DNA of 63,454 nucleotides, filler included, from Octopus bimaculoides (GCF_001194135.2; 6 parts of 6 records of this genome joined end to end with filler, not necessarily neighbours in it); one strand, 5' to 3'. Shown: positions 50,203 to 63,454, numbered from the whole stretch's first letter. The notes: generated by a model not told the origin, from the letters alone. Translations and numbers: made by a program.

Positions 50203-50467
50203 GTTCATGTATATGATATATGACAATGCACATTCCTTTAATTTTCTTCCATTTTTCTTCAGTTCTTCAGCTGGTTTCCCAATTATTCGGATAATTATTC
50301 GTACTGCAAAAATAAATGATGATCTCATCTGTTTTTACAAAACCTTAAATTTAACGTCAGCTGTCGATGCAGAGTGACTTCTATTTAGATATGGATTCTA
50401 TTTCTTAAATATATTTTATTTTTGTCATGTTCGTTCGGTAATGTATGTATGTATGTATGTATGTATG

Positions 50468-50719
50468 TATATATTAAAAAAAATAATAAGGTACTCAGAT
50501 ATCTAGATGGTTGTACATTTACAGATTTTTATTAATATGGCAAATGTTTTATAAATATTAGCGCTTGCACCTATTCTTGTAGGTTTTTCAAATATTTGAA
50601 ACACCTACAAGAATAGGTGCAAGCGCTAATATTTATAAAACATGTGACATATTAATAAAAATCTGTAAATGTACAACCATCCAGATATCTGAGTACCTTA
50701 TTATTTTTTCTAATATATA
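50468..50719. repeat. 252-bp near-perfect palindrome (MITE/foldback)
   Basis: Axis at 50593/50594, no loop, few mismatches, TA-rich flanks. Confidence 0.92.
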
Positions 50720-51652
50720 ATTCCTGTACATCGTCTCCAAACCTTCCAATATATATATATATATANNNNNNNNNNNNNNNNNNNNNNNNNNNNNNNNNNN
50801 NNNNNNNNNNNNNNNNNNNNNNNNNNNNNNNNNNNNNNNNNNNNNNNNNNNNNNNNNNNNNNNNNNNNNNNNNNNNNNNNNNNNNNNNNNNNNNNNNNNN
50901 NNNNNNNNNNNNNNNNNNNNNNNNNNNNNNNNNNNNNNNNNNNNNNNNNNNNNNNNNNNNNNNNNNNNNNNNNNNNNNNNNNNNNNNNNNNNNNNNNNNN
51001 NNNNNNNNNNNNNNNNNNNNNNNNNNNNNNNNNNNNNNNNNNNNNNNNNNNNNNNNNNNNNNNNNNNNNNNNNNNNNNNNNNNNNNNNNNNNNNNNNNNN
51101 NNNNNNNNNNNNNNNNNNNNNNNNNNNNNNNNNNNNNNNNNNNNNNNNNNNNNNNNNNNNNNNNNNNNNNNNNNNNNNNNNNNNNNNNNNNNNNNNNNNN
51201 NNNNNNNNNNNNNNNNNNNNNNNNNNNNNNNNNNNNNNNNNNNNNNNNNNNNNNNNNNNNNNNNNNNNNNNNNNNNNNNNNNNNNNNNNNNNNNNNNNNN
51301 NNNNNNNNNNNNNNNNNNNNNNNNNNNNNNNNNNNNNNNNNNNNNNNNNNNNNNNNNNNNNNNNNNNNNNNNNNNNNNNNNNNNNNNNNNNNNNNNNNNN
51401 NNNNNNNNNNNNNNNNNNNNNNNNNNNNNNNNNNNNNNNNNNNNNNNNNNNNNNNNNNNNNNNNNNNNNNNNNNNNNNNNNNNNNNNNNNNNNNNNNNNN
51501 NNNNNNNNNNNNNNNNNNNNNNNNNNNNNNNNNNNNNNNNNNNNNNNNNNNNNNNNNNNNNNNNNNNNNNNNNNNNNNNNNNNNNNNNNNNNNNNNNNNN
51601 NNNNNNNNNNNNNNNNNNNNNNNNNNNNNNNNNNNNNNNNNNNNNNNNNNNN

Positions 51653-52015
51653 CACCACCATAACCTCCACCACTACGGCCATCACGACCACCTCCACGAC
51701 CGCCGCCGCGACCACAACGACTACCATGACCACGGCAGTGAATTCGACGACGACCACCACCATTACCACTACCAACACCAACACCACTACACAATCACAC
51801 TACATCTATACTAGCAGCACCACTCCACCTCCACTAACCCCACCATAAGCACCAGCAACCAGCATCAACACAACCACAATTACACGCACTTCTTACCACC
51901 ACCACCACCACCACCACAACCACTACTACTACCACCACCTCTGCCGTCACCACCACCACCACCACCACCACCATCGCCACCATTACACCTATTGCTCATA
52001 CCACTATACCACTAC
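51653..52015. repeat. (ACC)n-rich low-complexity tract
   Basis: Direct inspection. Confidence 0.85.
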
Positions 52016-52256
52016 CATACGGTACATTATCAAGATATGACTTATCGCCTGTCATCATGAAAATGCTTATGATAGCCGACATGTTTACTCCATGTTATAT
52101 CAGGTTTGGTTTAAAAGTGATAGCTTCGTTCCCACAAAAGTTTCAGTACACTGCTATAAATAAACTTCAGAAAGATGGCAGCACCTACACACGACACAAA
52201 TATTCATTTAAACTTTCATAGTGACTTGTATGTATGCATGTCTGTCTGTCTACTTG

Positions 52257-52309
<53 letters not shown>

Positions 52310-52332
52310 GTCTGTCAATATACATAATTGTG

Positions 52333-52390
<58 letters not shown>

Positions 52391-54059
52391 NNNNNNNNNN
52401 NNNNNNNNNNNNNNNNNNNNNNNNNNNNNNNNNNNNNNNNNNNNNNNNNNNNNNNNNNNNNNNNNNNNNNNNNNNNNNNNNNNNNNNNNNNNNNNNNNNN
52501 NNNNNNNNNNNNNNNNNNNNNNNNNNNNNNNNNNNNNNNNNNNNCACACACACACTCACACACACACACTCACACACACACACATATTTTGGAATTGTAT
52601 GGATAATACCGTACTTAATTTTGGTGCCTAAATTCCATATTCACTTTGAATCTAAATTTTATATATATATATATATATATTCTGGATTTTAAATTTTTCT
52701 TCTCTTTAATTCTTTCGAACGGTTAGGAATACCTACAATGCATTTGGTTTTTCTTTTTTTTGAGACTGGTTGGTTGTAAAGATGAAATACTGATCGCTGT
52801 CGTTTTACCTCATCCAGGATACGCAAGCTTTTATAGAAACACTGCTTTTGAAACAAATAATACAAACGATCAATTTTATGCTACATTTCGCCAATTGAGT
52901 TTTTAAAACTAAAATCAGAAAGAAACAAAAACTTATGCACTAAACCGAAATTGACATTATTTGCATGACTAAAATACCGATGGATTTTAAATAGATTAAA
53001 TGCTAAGCGGCCAGGTGTTCTGTAAATGTATGCAATTATCCGGTATACAGTTTAATAGTAAAAACCGATATGAGCTCTTTCATGCGATTCATGCACACAC
53101 TCACACATGCACATACATACACATACATACACATACATACACACATACTTGCACTGTGAATATGTCAATCTATCTTTAGTATTCTAAGCCTCGGGATCTG
53201 TTTATCTGTTTGTGCGTACCTTAAATGTTACGAACTGTCCATTGTAACTCAAAAACTGTCTCGATTAATGTATTTTTAACTAGAACCGCCCTCACCCCAC
53301 GTTATTATCATTATTTTTTTCTGCTCTTGAAATCGTCTCGAAACACAGGAAATTTTGTTCCTTATTTTATCAGCATGGAAAAATAATTTCCTTCTATTTA
53401 TGGAAGAGTCAATGGAAAATAATACATTGCGGGCAAAAACACACTGATATTCAAGCGAAAATAGACACACAGACATACAAACACATGAGTTTCGTACAAA
53501 GGTAGCGAGATATAAACACATCAAGCAAACACACAATCGCAAACGCACACAAACGCACGCAACTATTAGTGAGCATGCGCTCAAACAAACACAAGGACAG
53601 AATATACGAAAACAAACACACACACATCTACTTGTGAACGTGCTTACAAGCAAACCCAAGGACAGATTTTATGAAAACAGACGCACATAGATAAATAGGT
53701 ACATTTATAAGACGGTGGAGGCGTGTAGTTTAGTAGTTAGGGTGTTAGACTCATGATCGTAAGATTGCAGTTTCGATTCCTGCACCGGGTGATGCGTTGT
53801 GTTCTTGAGCAAAACACTTCATTTCACGTTGGTCCACTCCTCTCAGCTGGCAAAAATGATTAATCTTACAATGGACCAGCTTCCTGTCCACTGAGGGCCT
53901 GCAATCAGCGTGTGTACGCTTTAAACCCGTTAACAACTGGGCTGGAGAGCAAGTCGGAACCAACAGCTGCCGTAACTCCGGCTGCTGCCAACGCACAAAA
54001 TTCTCGGCTTTTGAGGCGCTCAATAGCGTCTATCGATTTATAATAATAATAATAATAAT

Positions 54060-54095
<36 letters not shown>

Positions 54096-54626
54096 GTATG
54101 TTTTTGTGTATACGTGCAAGATATGGCTGTGGGGTTAAGAAACTTGTTTTGTAGTTATGTGGTTGGTTTCGGGTTGAGTCCCACTTTGGGTGACTTTTTT
54201 ATACTGTAGCTCTGGAGCTACCATTGTGTGCACGTTGTACACACATGTGTGTGTGTGTGTGTGTGTTGTGTGTGTATGTGTGTGTGTGTGTGTGTGTGTG
54301 TTGTGTGTGTGTGGGTGTGCAAGTGTGCAAAACTTCAGTTCGTAGTGCCAAGGAAATCGAAATTACGTTATTAAAATCTGAAACATGGAAAAAGGGCACC
54401 AACATATGTTTTAATATTTTCCATGTACATACATAGAAATTAACAGAAACTCTTTAATTGATAATTATATGTAATTATAAATATTCTGCTCTACTTGCTT
54501 CATGAATCTCAACATGTGACTGGCTGNNNNNNNNNNNNNNNNNNNNNNNNNNNNNNNNNNNNNNNNNNNNTTAATTAATTAANNNNNNNNNNNNNNNNNN
54601 NNNNNNNNNNNNNNNNNNNNNNNNNN

Positions 54627-54880
54627 TTCAGGTTAACCGTCGACCTCTCGAACGAATGAAAACATGAAAATAATTCATGAACTGATCTTGGAAGACCGTT
54701 ACCGAACAATTGACAAACGTGTTGATATGATTGGTGCGTCCTGGAGCTCCTGCCAACACATTTTCTGTGAGGAATTGCGATGAAAAGAGTTGCAGCAAAA
54801 TGTGTGCTTTGCTTGCTCACGGAAGATCAAAAGCAGTCACGACTGAATGCGTGTCGTAAACTGAAAGAATAGTTGGAAAT
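54627..54880 (+). mobile_element. Mariner transposase N-terminal (HTH/linker) fragment
   Basis: Frameshifted RPL..NEN, ELILEDRYRTID, MKRVAAKCVLCLLTEDQKQSRL. Confidence 0.7.
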
Positions 54881-55984
54881 TCTCTCGGTGTAGCGATTTC
54901 GGATTGATCCCGCCTCATTCTACTTGCTAACCGCTAACTTGAAATCGGTTTCAGATTATCAGCGGCTAGGATGAAACCGATTTCAAATTACCTCCTATGA
55001 TTTCAATTAACACTCGTCAAATATAACAACTCTTTTAATAATCCATCACCATTGAACTAGTAATAATGTTTCAAATTTTGGCACAAGACCGGCAATATTA
55101 GAAAGAGGGAATTAGGCTACTTTATTTTATCGATTTCGGAGTGACGAAGTGTAAAGTTGATCTCGGTGGTATTTGAATTCGGCGCAGACGATTCAGCCTT
55201 CTTTCTGGTAGCTATAACTGCTACTTTTTTTTATTGATTCCGGAAGAGCGAAAGGGAAAAGTTGGCCGCTGCAGAATTTGAACTTGGAATGTAAAGAGCT
55301 TGAAGAAATACCAACCCTCAAAGCAATACATTGATCTATCAATGTTTAAATAATGATAGTAATTGTTTCTAACACAGGCAGAAAATCTTAAATTAGCCAG
55401 GAAGGGTTTAGTCATACCAACTATCTCATACTTGACTGTTACTTTATTTTATCGATATATATTGTTGCTATTATGCAAAAGTGGCGTAAGTCTAAAACGT
55501 TGCTTTTTCAGAAAACGAAATAGTTTAACCATTCTATAGTAAAATCCGTTGTACTACACATTGACAATTTTTGATATCTTGGCATCTAAAGCAGCTGGAG
55601 AAACGATAGTTTGACCAAAAGAACTGGCTATTAGAAGCAAAAATAAATATTGAGAAAAAAAAAATGCATTTGGCCAAATTTGGACATACGACAATTTAAC
55701 ATAATAGCAATGATGCGTTCACTTTTTTTGACTTGAATATTAGTTTACTTTGGCCCACCAGCTCAGAGGTAAGATTGTAAAAAAAAAGATGCATTTTTTT
55801 TAAAGGAAAGAGAGCTTTGTTCTCTCCGTCATTAGCGTCACCATTCACTCTTCAGATTTTACGAAAGTCTTTCACAATTCTACCGTCCCAGAAAGTGTGA
55901 TCAACCGTAGAGCTATTTTCTTTCTTCATATTTTGATCTAAGTGACTTGGTAGTATCCTGTTGCTTCAATAATAATCTTTTTTT

Positions 55985-56265
55985 ATATTTTATCTTTTAC
56001 TTACTTCAGGCATTAGACTGCGGCCATGCTGGGGCACCGCCTTGAAAGGTTTTTAGTCGAACAAATCGACCCCAGTACTTATTTTTTTAAAGCATCGTAC
56101 TTATTCTGTCGGTCACGTTTATTGGGCCACCAAGTTACAGCGACGTAAACACATCAACACCCGTTGTCAAGTGGTGGTGGGGACAAACATAGACTCGAAC
56201 ACAGACATACACGCACACACATATGTGACGGGCTTCTTTCAGTTTCCGTCTACCAAATCCACTCG
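55985..56265 (-). mobile_element. SINE family A
   Basis: Reverse complement of family A body and tail. Confidence 0.8.
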
Positions 56266-57202
56266 TCTTAACCATTTATTTGAAATAAATACCAGACTAG
56301 CATGATTACTGAGGACGATTTGGACAATTAAACATTTGAAAGCGGTGCTCCAGCTTACCCGCTGTCCATTGACTGAAATCACGAACAGGATAAAAGAAAA
56401 CGTGTGCGCGTGCACGAGGGAATTGCATAAATAAAACAGCCAGATGAACTAACTGACAGCTCTTCACTTCCACTAGCCAAATACTAACATTCAGCATTGT
56501 ACCTTACTGCATGACCTCTATCAGGTATGTATGTTAACATCTACTTCAACAGCGGCTCTCTTTACAACCGAATCAAGGACCTGCTTGTAATACAGCGAAC
56601 GCCTTGAGAAGATAAACAAACACTTCAGTAACGTGTGCAACATCTATCTACATAGCACTTCATACAATCATTCCATTGACCAAGCTTAACACTTTCCATT
56701 CGGTAAAAACGACACCTCGCTGTGTATGTGCACCTATGTATATGTATATATAATACGTGTCCTGGGTAAGGGGTTTCAGGGTTTTAAGGAGCGTGGAACA
56801 ACCTCTTAACCACTATTGTTCTCAGATCGATTCTGACCCGGAGTAGTGGCACCTGTTAGAGTCCCAGTTATGGATTTACTAGCATGTAGACTAAGCCCTG
56901 CCTTATCTTCTTTTGTCAAATCCAGAACAGCGACTGTTACATCTGGCAGCTGCCCTGGCCACACACACACCCTTTGCGTTTCTCCGATCTTCGGCAGAAA
57001 GTTGTGTTATTGGCTACAAGAGGACAAAGCTAAGCAAACTAGCTGTAAAGATGCCCCACTATATACCATAAAAGCTACAGCTCGTCCTTGATCTCTTGTT
57101 TGCTATTCGATCAGTCGTAGATAAGTCAATTTTTACGAAGGATTGTGCGCCCTTCTCATCATCGGAAACAAATTTTTGCGCAAACTTCGATCGATATAAC
57201 AC

Positions 57203-57268
<66 letters not shown>

Positions 57269-57303
57269 ACACACACATACACAAATATGCATATGTGTGT
57301 ACA

Positions 57304-57334
<31 letters not shown>

Positions 57335-57899
57335 CTGCGTCTGTGTCTGTGTATGCGCGATCGTGCTCGTGTAAAATAGTGCATATTTCCTTTATATCAT
57401 CGTCGGAAATAATTGCTTACATGGACATTTGTTGGGCACTTTCGATGTAAATAACTTCGCTAAAACTAATTATTATGTAGACTATGGAGTACGTATTTGT
57501 CTTGTTTCGACTTTGTGTACCCCCAGGAAGCTAATACCAATTTGAGATGTTTTTTTTTAGGGTTGAATATAAAACGATGGGTTTTTTTTTCTTTTTCGGT
57601 TTGAATATAAAACATGTCTATTTTTCAAGTACATCCATCCATTCTAGTTAGCCTTAGAGAAAGTCTCTGTCTTTTTTGTACACCACCTGATGAAAAATAC
57701 AGTTTTCGAAACAACGTTCGCTTAGCGTAAGACTTACAACAAGAAACGTTCACGCATATTTTCATTATATCGTACATCGGAAGCTGATATTTTCTGTTTA
57801 TTCTTTTACTATTATAAAATTGTATAAACCAAAATAATTCGTTCAAGGATAAAACAGTGTGTTTTATTGGACTCATTGTTTTAATAATAATAATTATAA

Positions 57900-58105
57900 T
57901 AATCCTTTCTACTGTAGGCTTAAAATTTCAAGGAAAGGGACCAGTCGATTACGTCGATCCCAGTGCTCAACTGGTACTTATCTTATCAACCCCGAAAAGA
58001 TGAAAGGCAAAGTCCACCCCGGCAGAATTTGAACTCAGAACGTAAAGACGGACGAAATATCACTAAGCATTTCACCTGATGTGCTGACGATTCTGCCAGC
58101 TCGTC
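57900..58105 (-). mobile_element. SINE family B
   Basis: Same motifs as the 24430 copy. Confidence 0.82.
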
Positions 58106-58119
58106 GATGTGCTACAGTA

Positions 58120-58577
58120 AATATTCTTCTCAATACCATAGATTTGCTTGTCAATTGTTTGACCGTAACCAATTAAGCATGTCCTTTGGTGCATAACGAT
58201 ATGTACATCTCTGATCACGCACAGAAGTAGTGGGTAAGCATTATAGCCATGTGTTGAGAGGAATTCTTGGAAGTTTGAATAATTCACCTCTGGAAATATG
58301 GGTGTTTCGTTCAACATCCTTAAACAACCCTTATTCAAGGACCATTTGAGCGGGATGGGCTACTCGATCTGAAGAAAATTCTAACTGAACTCCACCTGCA
58401 AGGTCATGCACTGTTTATCTTGATATGTGATTACCATGTCGGCACATATGGTTGTGATGCTTGTGTCTGATGTACCCTTATCAGATGGGTAGTCATGATG
58501 GGTATACCGGGCTTCATATATCTTACCCCAGTGTCACTTTGATGGCATGCACTGCTCTCTCACTCAATAATAATGAC

Positions 58578-58610
<33 letters not shown>

Positions 58611-58620
58611 TTTCATTATT
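58120..58620 (+). repeat. Retroposon-like 3' segment ending in (AAT)n
   Basis: Non-coding block with a simple-repeat tail; family not identified. Confidence 0.4.
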
Positions 58621-58757
58621 ATTATTATTTTTATTTTCTTTGCACAACTTCTAATGCTGGAGATGTACTATGGTGTCAGCTGTCAGCTGTTCACTATCAG
58701 TGAACCAAGGTAACACCTCTTATTTTTCGAGCACCTTCCAGAGTATTCGAGCGGTTC

Positions 58758-58806
<49 letters not shown>

Positions 58807-58894
58807 GGCACAAGGCCTGTAATTTGGGGTAGAATGTAAGCCAATATATCGACTCCAGTACGTAACTGGTACTTATTTCATGGACCTCGCATTC

Positions 58895-58968
<74 letters not shown>

Positions 58969-58977
58969 AAGAAGAAC

Positions 58978-59935
58978 TATTTTGGGCATTTGCCGACGAT
59001 GTGCCATACCGTTTCACGCCTCTCACCACACAATTTGCATTTGTCGCTATTGGTAGTGTTGTCTATTCTATCGCTATCGGTAGTATTGTCTATTCTGCAC
59101 TTCGTGAGCTGCGCATATGAGTGCTTCTGTCTCAATCTTCAGGTCACTCCTCCTCATCCATAGCCACCGGTCTTCTGTATCTATCTTCGCATTCACATCC
59201 CTTGCAAACTGGCTGTACATTTTCTTTTCCTTTCATACTTTTTCTTTTTTCTTTTTTGTTAATTTCCTGTCTAAATTTTTCTTTAGTTGCACAATTTTCA
59301 GTTTTGATGACGCCGGCCTTCTTCGTGTGTTTCAACAGTGGCTCCATGGCATTTTTTTATATACCACCCTAAGCTGTTCTTCTCTTCTTCGATAAAGTCT
59401 TGTCAACTGATCAAACCTCTCCCACCCTTTATTCTGGACAGTACAGCCTATCAGTGTTACTCTTAGGTAGGAAGGTTCCGTGTGCTGTCAGCATTTTTCT
59501 GGTCTTGGTATCCATTTTCTTCACTCCTCTCTTTGCCGTTTTATAATTCCCTCTCCATACCGAAGTGATGATATCGCCCACTTATTAACTGCTTGGATTT
59601 TATTCCATCCAGTCAATTTTGAGCTCAACACCAACCACAGTCTTCGGAAATACTTGCACTTTCATTTCCTTTTCTATTATCTTGTTCAACTCTAGTACAC
59701 TGAGATATTTGTATCCTTCCGTTTCAATTTGTTTAATCAAGTCTCTATTCGGTAATTCTATCCCTGCTAGGGGCTGTACCTTGCTTCTTTTTAGGTAGAT
59801 TATTCCGCACTTCTTGAGTCCAAATTCCATTCTAATATCAGAGCTAGAACAGTGGACCGTGTTCACCAAGGAACTCACTTATGTCTCATCTTTTCCAATT
59901 TCAAATCATCCATTAAGAGAAGGTGGTTTTATTGT
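58978..59935 (-). mobile_element. R4/Dong-clade (RLE-type) non-LTR retrotransposon remnant: RT C-terminus, thumb, CCHC knuckle
   Basis: NHLLLMDDLKL, MEFGLKKC, GYKYL, SNTDRLY..KGGRGL, KCKLCGERRETVWHIVGKC; frameshifted. Confidence 0.85.
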
Positions 59936-60629
59936 TTGGGATTTTCCCTTTAGTTGGTACCCCAGGTTCATTTTATTTAATTTGCTTTGCGGGAGCAACT
60001 GTCTTATCGAAAGCGTATATTGTTGTTAATGCTCGAAATGCGAGAGTAGAANNNNNNNNNNNNNNNNNNNNNNNNNNNNNNNNNNNNNNNNNNNNNNNNN
60101 NNNNNNNNNNNNNNNNNNNNNNNNNNNNNNNNNNNNNNNNNNNNNNNNNNNNNNNNNNNNNNNNNTATATATATATATATATCATTTATATCATCATATG
60201 ATTGAACGCCACGCATTCTCTTCCACGTAAGTTTTATCTTAATAATTCTGATGCGCACTCTATACGATCTTTTTACTCTTTCATTTTTCTCTCTTTCTCT
60301 CTCTTATTCTTTTACATCTTCTTCTCCCACTATTCTATCCTTTTACTCTCCCTTCCTCACTCCTCCTCCCTTGCTCACATGACTCCCACGTGACCATCGG
60401 TCATATTTCTTTCTTTCTCTCCGTTGTAGCTGGAACAAGGAATACTTGTCTTGTCTGTCTCCTGTCCAAGCTTGATTTACGCGTTCGCCACCACAACCTT
60501 TCTTAGGCTTAGCAACCTTTCCTGTTTGTCTTCACTGTCCTGTTTGTGTTACCAATTTTGACCCTCTGCAAAATCGTATAGATGTATGTACATATACGTA
60601 TGTATATATGCATATACATATATCATTTA

Positions 60630-60688
<59 letters not shown>

Positions 60689-61783
60689 TAATTACATACA
60701 TACATTCATAATTACACATACACAAGCATACGCATACACACACATACATACATACATACATGCAGTCAGTTATGTTATCCTACACTAAGAAGGTAGTTCA
60801 GTCAGTCAAACGCTGGAGTGGTTATGGCTGACACATATGGAGTCTATAAGAAAGGGAAATTGTATGTTTGTGAGCGAGCTCAGTCATTGCATAATTATAT
60901 GTTTCTTGCTACAAAGTTACATACATCCAGCCTCTGCACTTCACAGTCCGTCATTTACTTCCACGTCAATCGATTATACGAGCCAACGAAGAAGCTTCAA
61001 CGAAGAAGCGCTCGTCATGCTAGTTATAGAAGTCAAATACCTTTTATAATGCATGCTATCTATTTGAATGACTCATAGATTGATGTAGTTCTAGATGCAG
61101 AATGATCCGTCAAAATACAGGATACTTTCGACTGGAACGCTTTCTTTTTTATCATAGGTCTGCGCAAACAGGACTGATCTGAGGTTAAACAACAACTATC
61201 TGTAATTGTTGGATGGTGACATGGTGTCATGGTTCCAAGCTAAATTTCTTTACAAATTATGAATATTGCAAGGTATGTTTGTATGGAGAATTGGAAGTTT
61301 TTCTGCTCCCCCAACGAAAATAATAAATAAGCCAACTAAATAACCAAATAAAACAAGAACACTGTCAACAAGAACAACGACATCAACAGCAAGTACAGTT
61401 ACAGTAACACCAACACAGTTGAAAGAGGGTCCTGTATACGTCATAAATGTGAAATCCCTAACGTATGCTGCTACAAACTATTCAAACAATTGGTTTCTTG
61501 ACACATGTCTAGATGAATGTATATTCATTCTTTCGTTCCGTTAGAATAGCCATTTCGGTTTTCTATAGCAAAGACAAACAGCGAAAGCTATGAATGGGAG
61601 AAAATGTAAAAATCTCATTCTGGCCCAAGAGTGAAGGCAACTGACAACGCCAAAGAGCTAAAATGGCGCCTTATACCTAAGCGTTTTTTGCAATGAACGG
61701 TCTTTGCGTTTTTCAAAAATGAAAATAAAATACAATCATAGCAAAATATCGATAATAATAATTGTGATGTTAATAATAATAAC

Positions 61784-61854
<71 letters not shown>

Positions 61855-62098
61855 TAATAATAACACTGACATATTCCAAGTATTAAACATTGTCCAGAAA
61901 TGTGGGAGAAATATGTCAAAGCGATCGCAGTTGATATATATGTCATAAACTAGTCTTCAGTTGAGATAATATACATTTTTTTTTTACTGAAAACGAGNNN
62001 NNNNNNNNNNNNNNNNNNNNNNNNNNNNNNNNNNNNNNNNNTTAATTAATTAANNNNNNNNNNNNNNNNNNNNNNNNNNNNNNNNNNNNNNNNNNNNA

Positions 62099-62719
62099 AG
62101 AAGAGAAAAACAAGAACAAATCATACCATTTATAGTGACACACAATCTAAGCCACCAGAACATCTTCAATATCCCTAAAGCAAACCTACCAATCATTGCC
62201 CAAAGTAAGGAATTGAGAAATATCATTACAGATCAAAGTATAACTCTCAGTAAAAGACAACCTAAAATCTTGAAAAAGCTATTAACAAAGGCAAGGTTTG
62301 ACCTCAGCAACAAAAATCAAACATTCACTGTTTCCAAATGCAATTATAGCTGATGTGGTACATGCCAATCAATTCATACCGGCCCATATATGAACACAAA
62401 AACAGGGAAAATATTCACCAATGTGAACATGAACTACAAAAGTAGAAATCTATTCTACTGCATCAAATGCCCAAATTTTGAAGAACTGTACATTGGCCAG
62501 ACAGGTAATGCACTATCGGAACACTCACGTGTGCATCGACAACAGATTAAAAACCCAGAGGTCCACCAAATACCACTGAGTAACCATATGGCAACATGTG
62601 GTCGAAAATCTTTTATGATATTTCCATTTCATAAACTTTACAATCTGAATGAAATTGACAGAAAACGGAAAGAAAAGGACTTTATTAAGAAATTCAAATC
62701 CAATCTTAACAAACAATGA
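62099..62719 (+). mobile_element. Penelope-like element 3' end (linker Cys motif plus GIY-YIG endonuclease), Neptune-like
   Basis: IPFIVTHN, SKRQPKILKKLLTKARF, KCNYS*CGTC, NLFYCIKCP...LYIGQTG, RVHRQQI, HMATC, FIKKFKSNLN; one in-frame stop. Confidence 0.9.
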
Positions 62720-63454
62720 TTAAATTAATATTACATGGGGTTTAAAAATCTTATCCCTATAACTAAAACACAAAACATCTCTCAAATGTCATCATTTCTA
62801 AAAATAAACATTGAAAAATGGTTTGGCATCATCTCTAAAAATAGCCAAATACCTACTGCTGCTGTCCAAAGGAATGTGTATAAAGGACAAAAAGACAGCC
62901 AGTCAACTACAGTTAAAACACATCTGTCTAGATGACTGCTAGAAAGCAGGAAAGTATACTAGTCCTTATATATTTAATACTCAATATTTCATTTATGCAA
63001 TAAGACATTCAATACTTCATTTCATTTTACTATTCATATTATATATTCCATATTCTGTATCCCACATTAATTTTATAGGAATATAAATAAAACATAAAAA
63101 ACAGACAGAGTTGGAACACTTTTGAATAATATATATATATATATATTTATATCTATATATATATATCCATGTTACATGCATATAAGAAGGGATGACCACT
63201 AAGTGGACATCCAATATGCTAGAAAGAGGTCATCAAGTGGTCAGAGCTGAGATATTTGTAAATAACCCCAATGTAATCGGTAGAACTGTACGCACGTCAA
63301 ATTTTATGAAGACAATTTTTGTATAGTTCTGCAAATTATATTGAATTTAGAATCATTGTACTGATGAACCATTGGACGTTTTTACATAAGTAAAAAAGTT
63401 GATGGGGGAAACCGGTATACAATTAATTCTTTATTTTGTATATTTTTCATTTGT

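Noticed and set aside
56545-56602. Possible minus-strand exon RSLYYKQVLDSVVKRAAVE
   Set aside because: Short, mediocre donor, unrecognised peptide, and phase incompatible with the 54029 candidate.
57687-57720. CUGAUGA-AAAA...UUUU-C-GAAA-C..GUU hammerhead-like core
   Set aside because: Stem II is A-U only and no stem I can be formed.
60900-61049. Possible plus-strand exon SYIHPASALHSPSF...
   Set aside because: No homology recognised and no partner exons.

Overview
AT-rich, microsatellite- and SINE-dense animal genomic DNA. The SINE and LINE repertoire points to a cephalopod, probably Octopus (inference). The window is a draft concatenation: five artificial N44-TTAATTAATTAA-N44 spacers split it into six independent pieces, so adjacency across them is unreliable. 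The one host gene I can support is ERCC4/XPF on the minus strand. I assembled 14 contiguous in-phase exons by hand (49031 down to 30263, 1636 nt, about 545 aa, one GC-AG intron); the first exon(s) and the nuclease/HhH exons are not visible. Mobile elements: a decayed Penelope-like element (PLE) inside a 7.8-kb inverted-repeat structure, a second PLE GIY-YIG end, two young RTE LINE fragments, an R4/Dong LINE remnant, mariner, Chapaev-like and Helitron remnants, piggyBac-type MITEs, several long palindromes, and at least four SINE families. The most unusual signal is seven hammerhead-ribozyme (HHR) motifs in apparently unrelated short repeats. One lies in a 615-bp insertion in an XPF intron, sense to the pre-mRNA. 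That insertion has a 14-bp TSD, a terminally redundant ~351-nt monomer, and an inverted arm starting at the predicted cleavage site, which suggests a retrozyme-like, PLE-mobilised RNA element. No ribozyme activity is shown here; all folds were worked out by eye.
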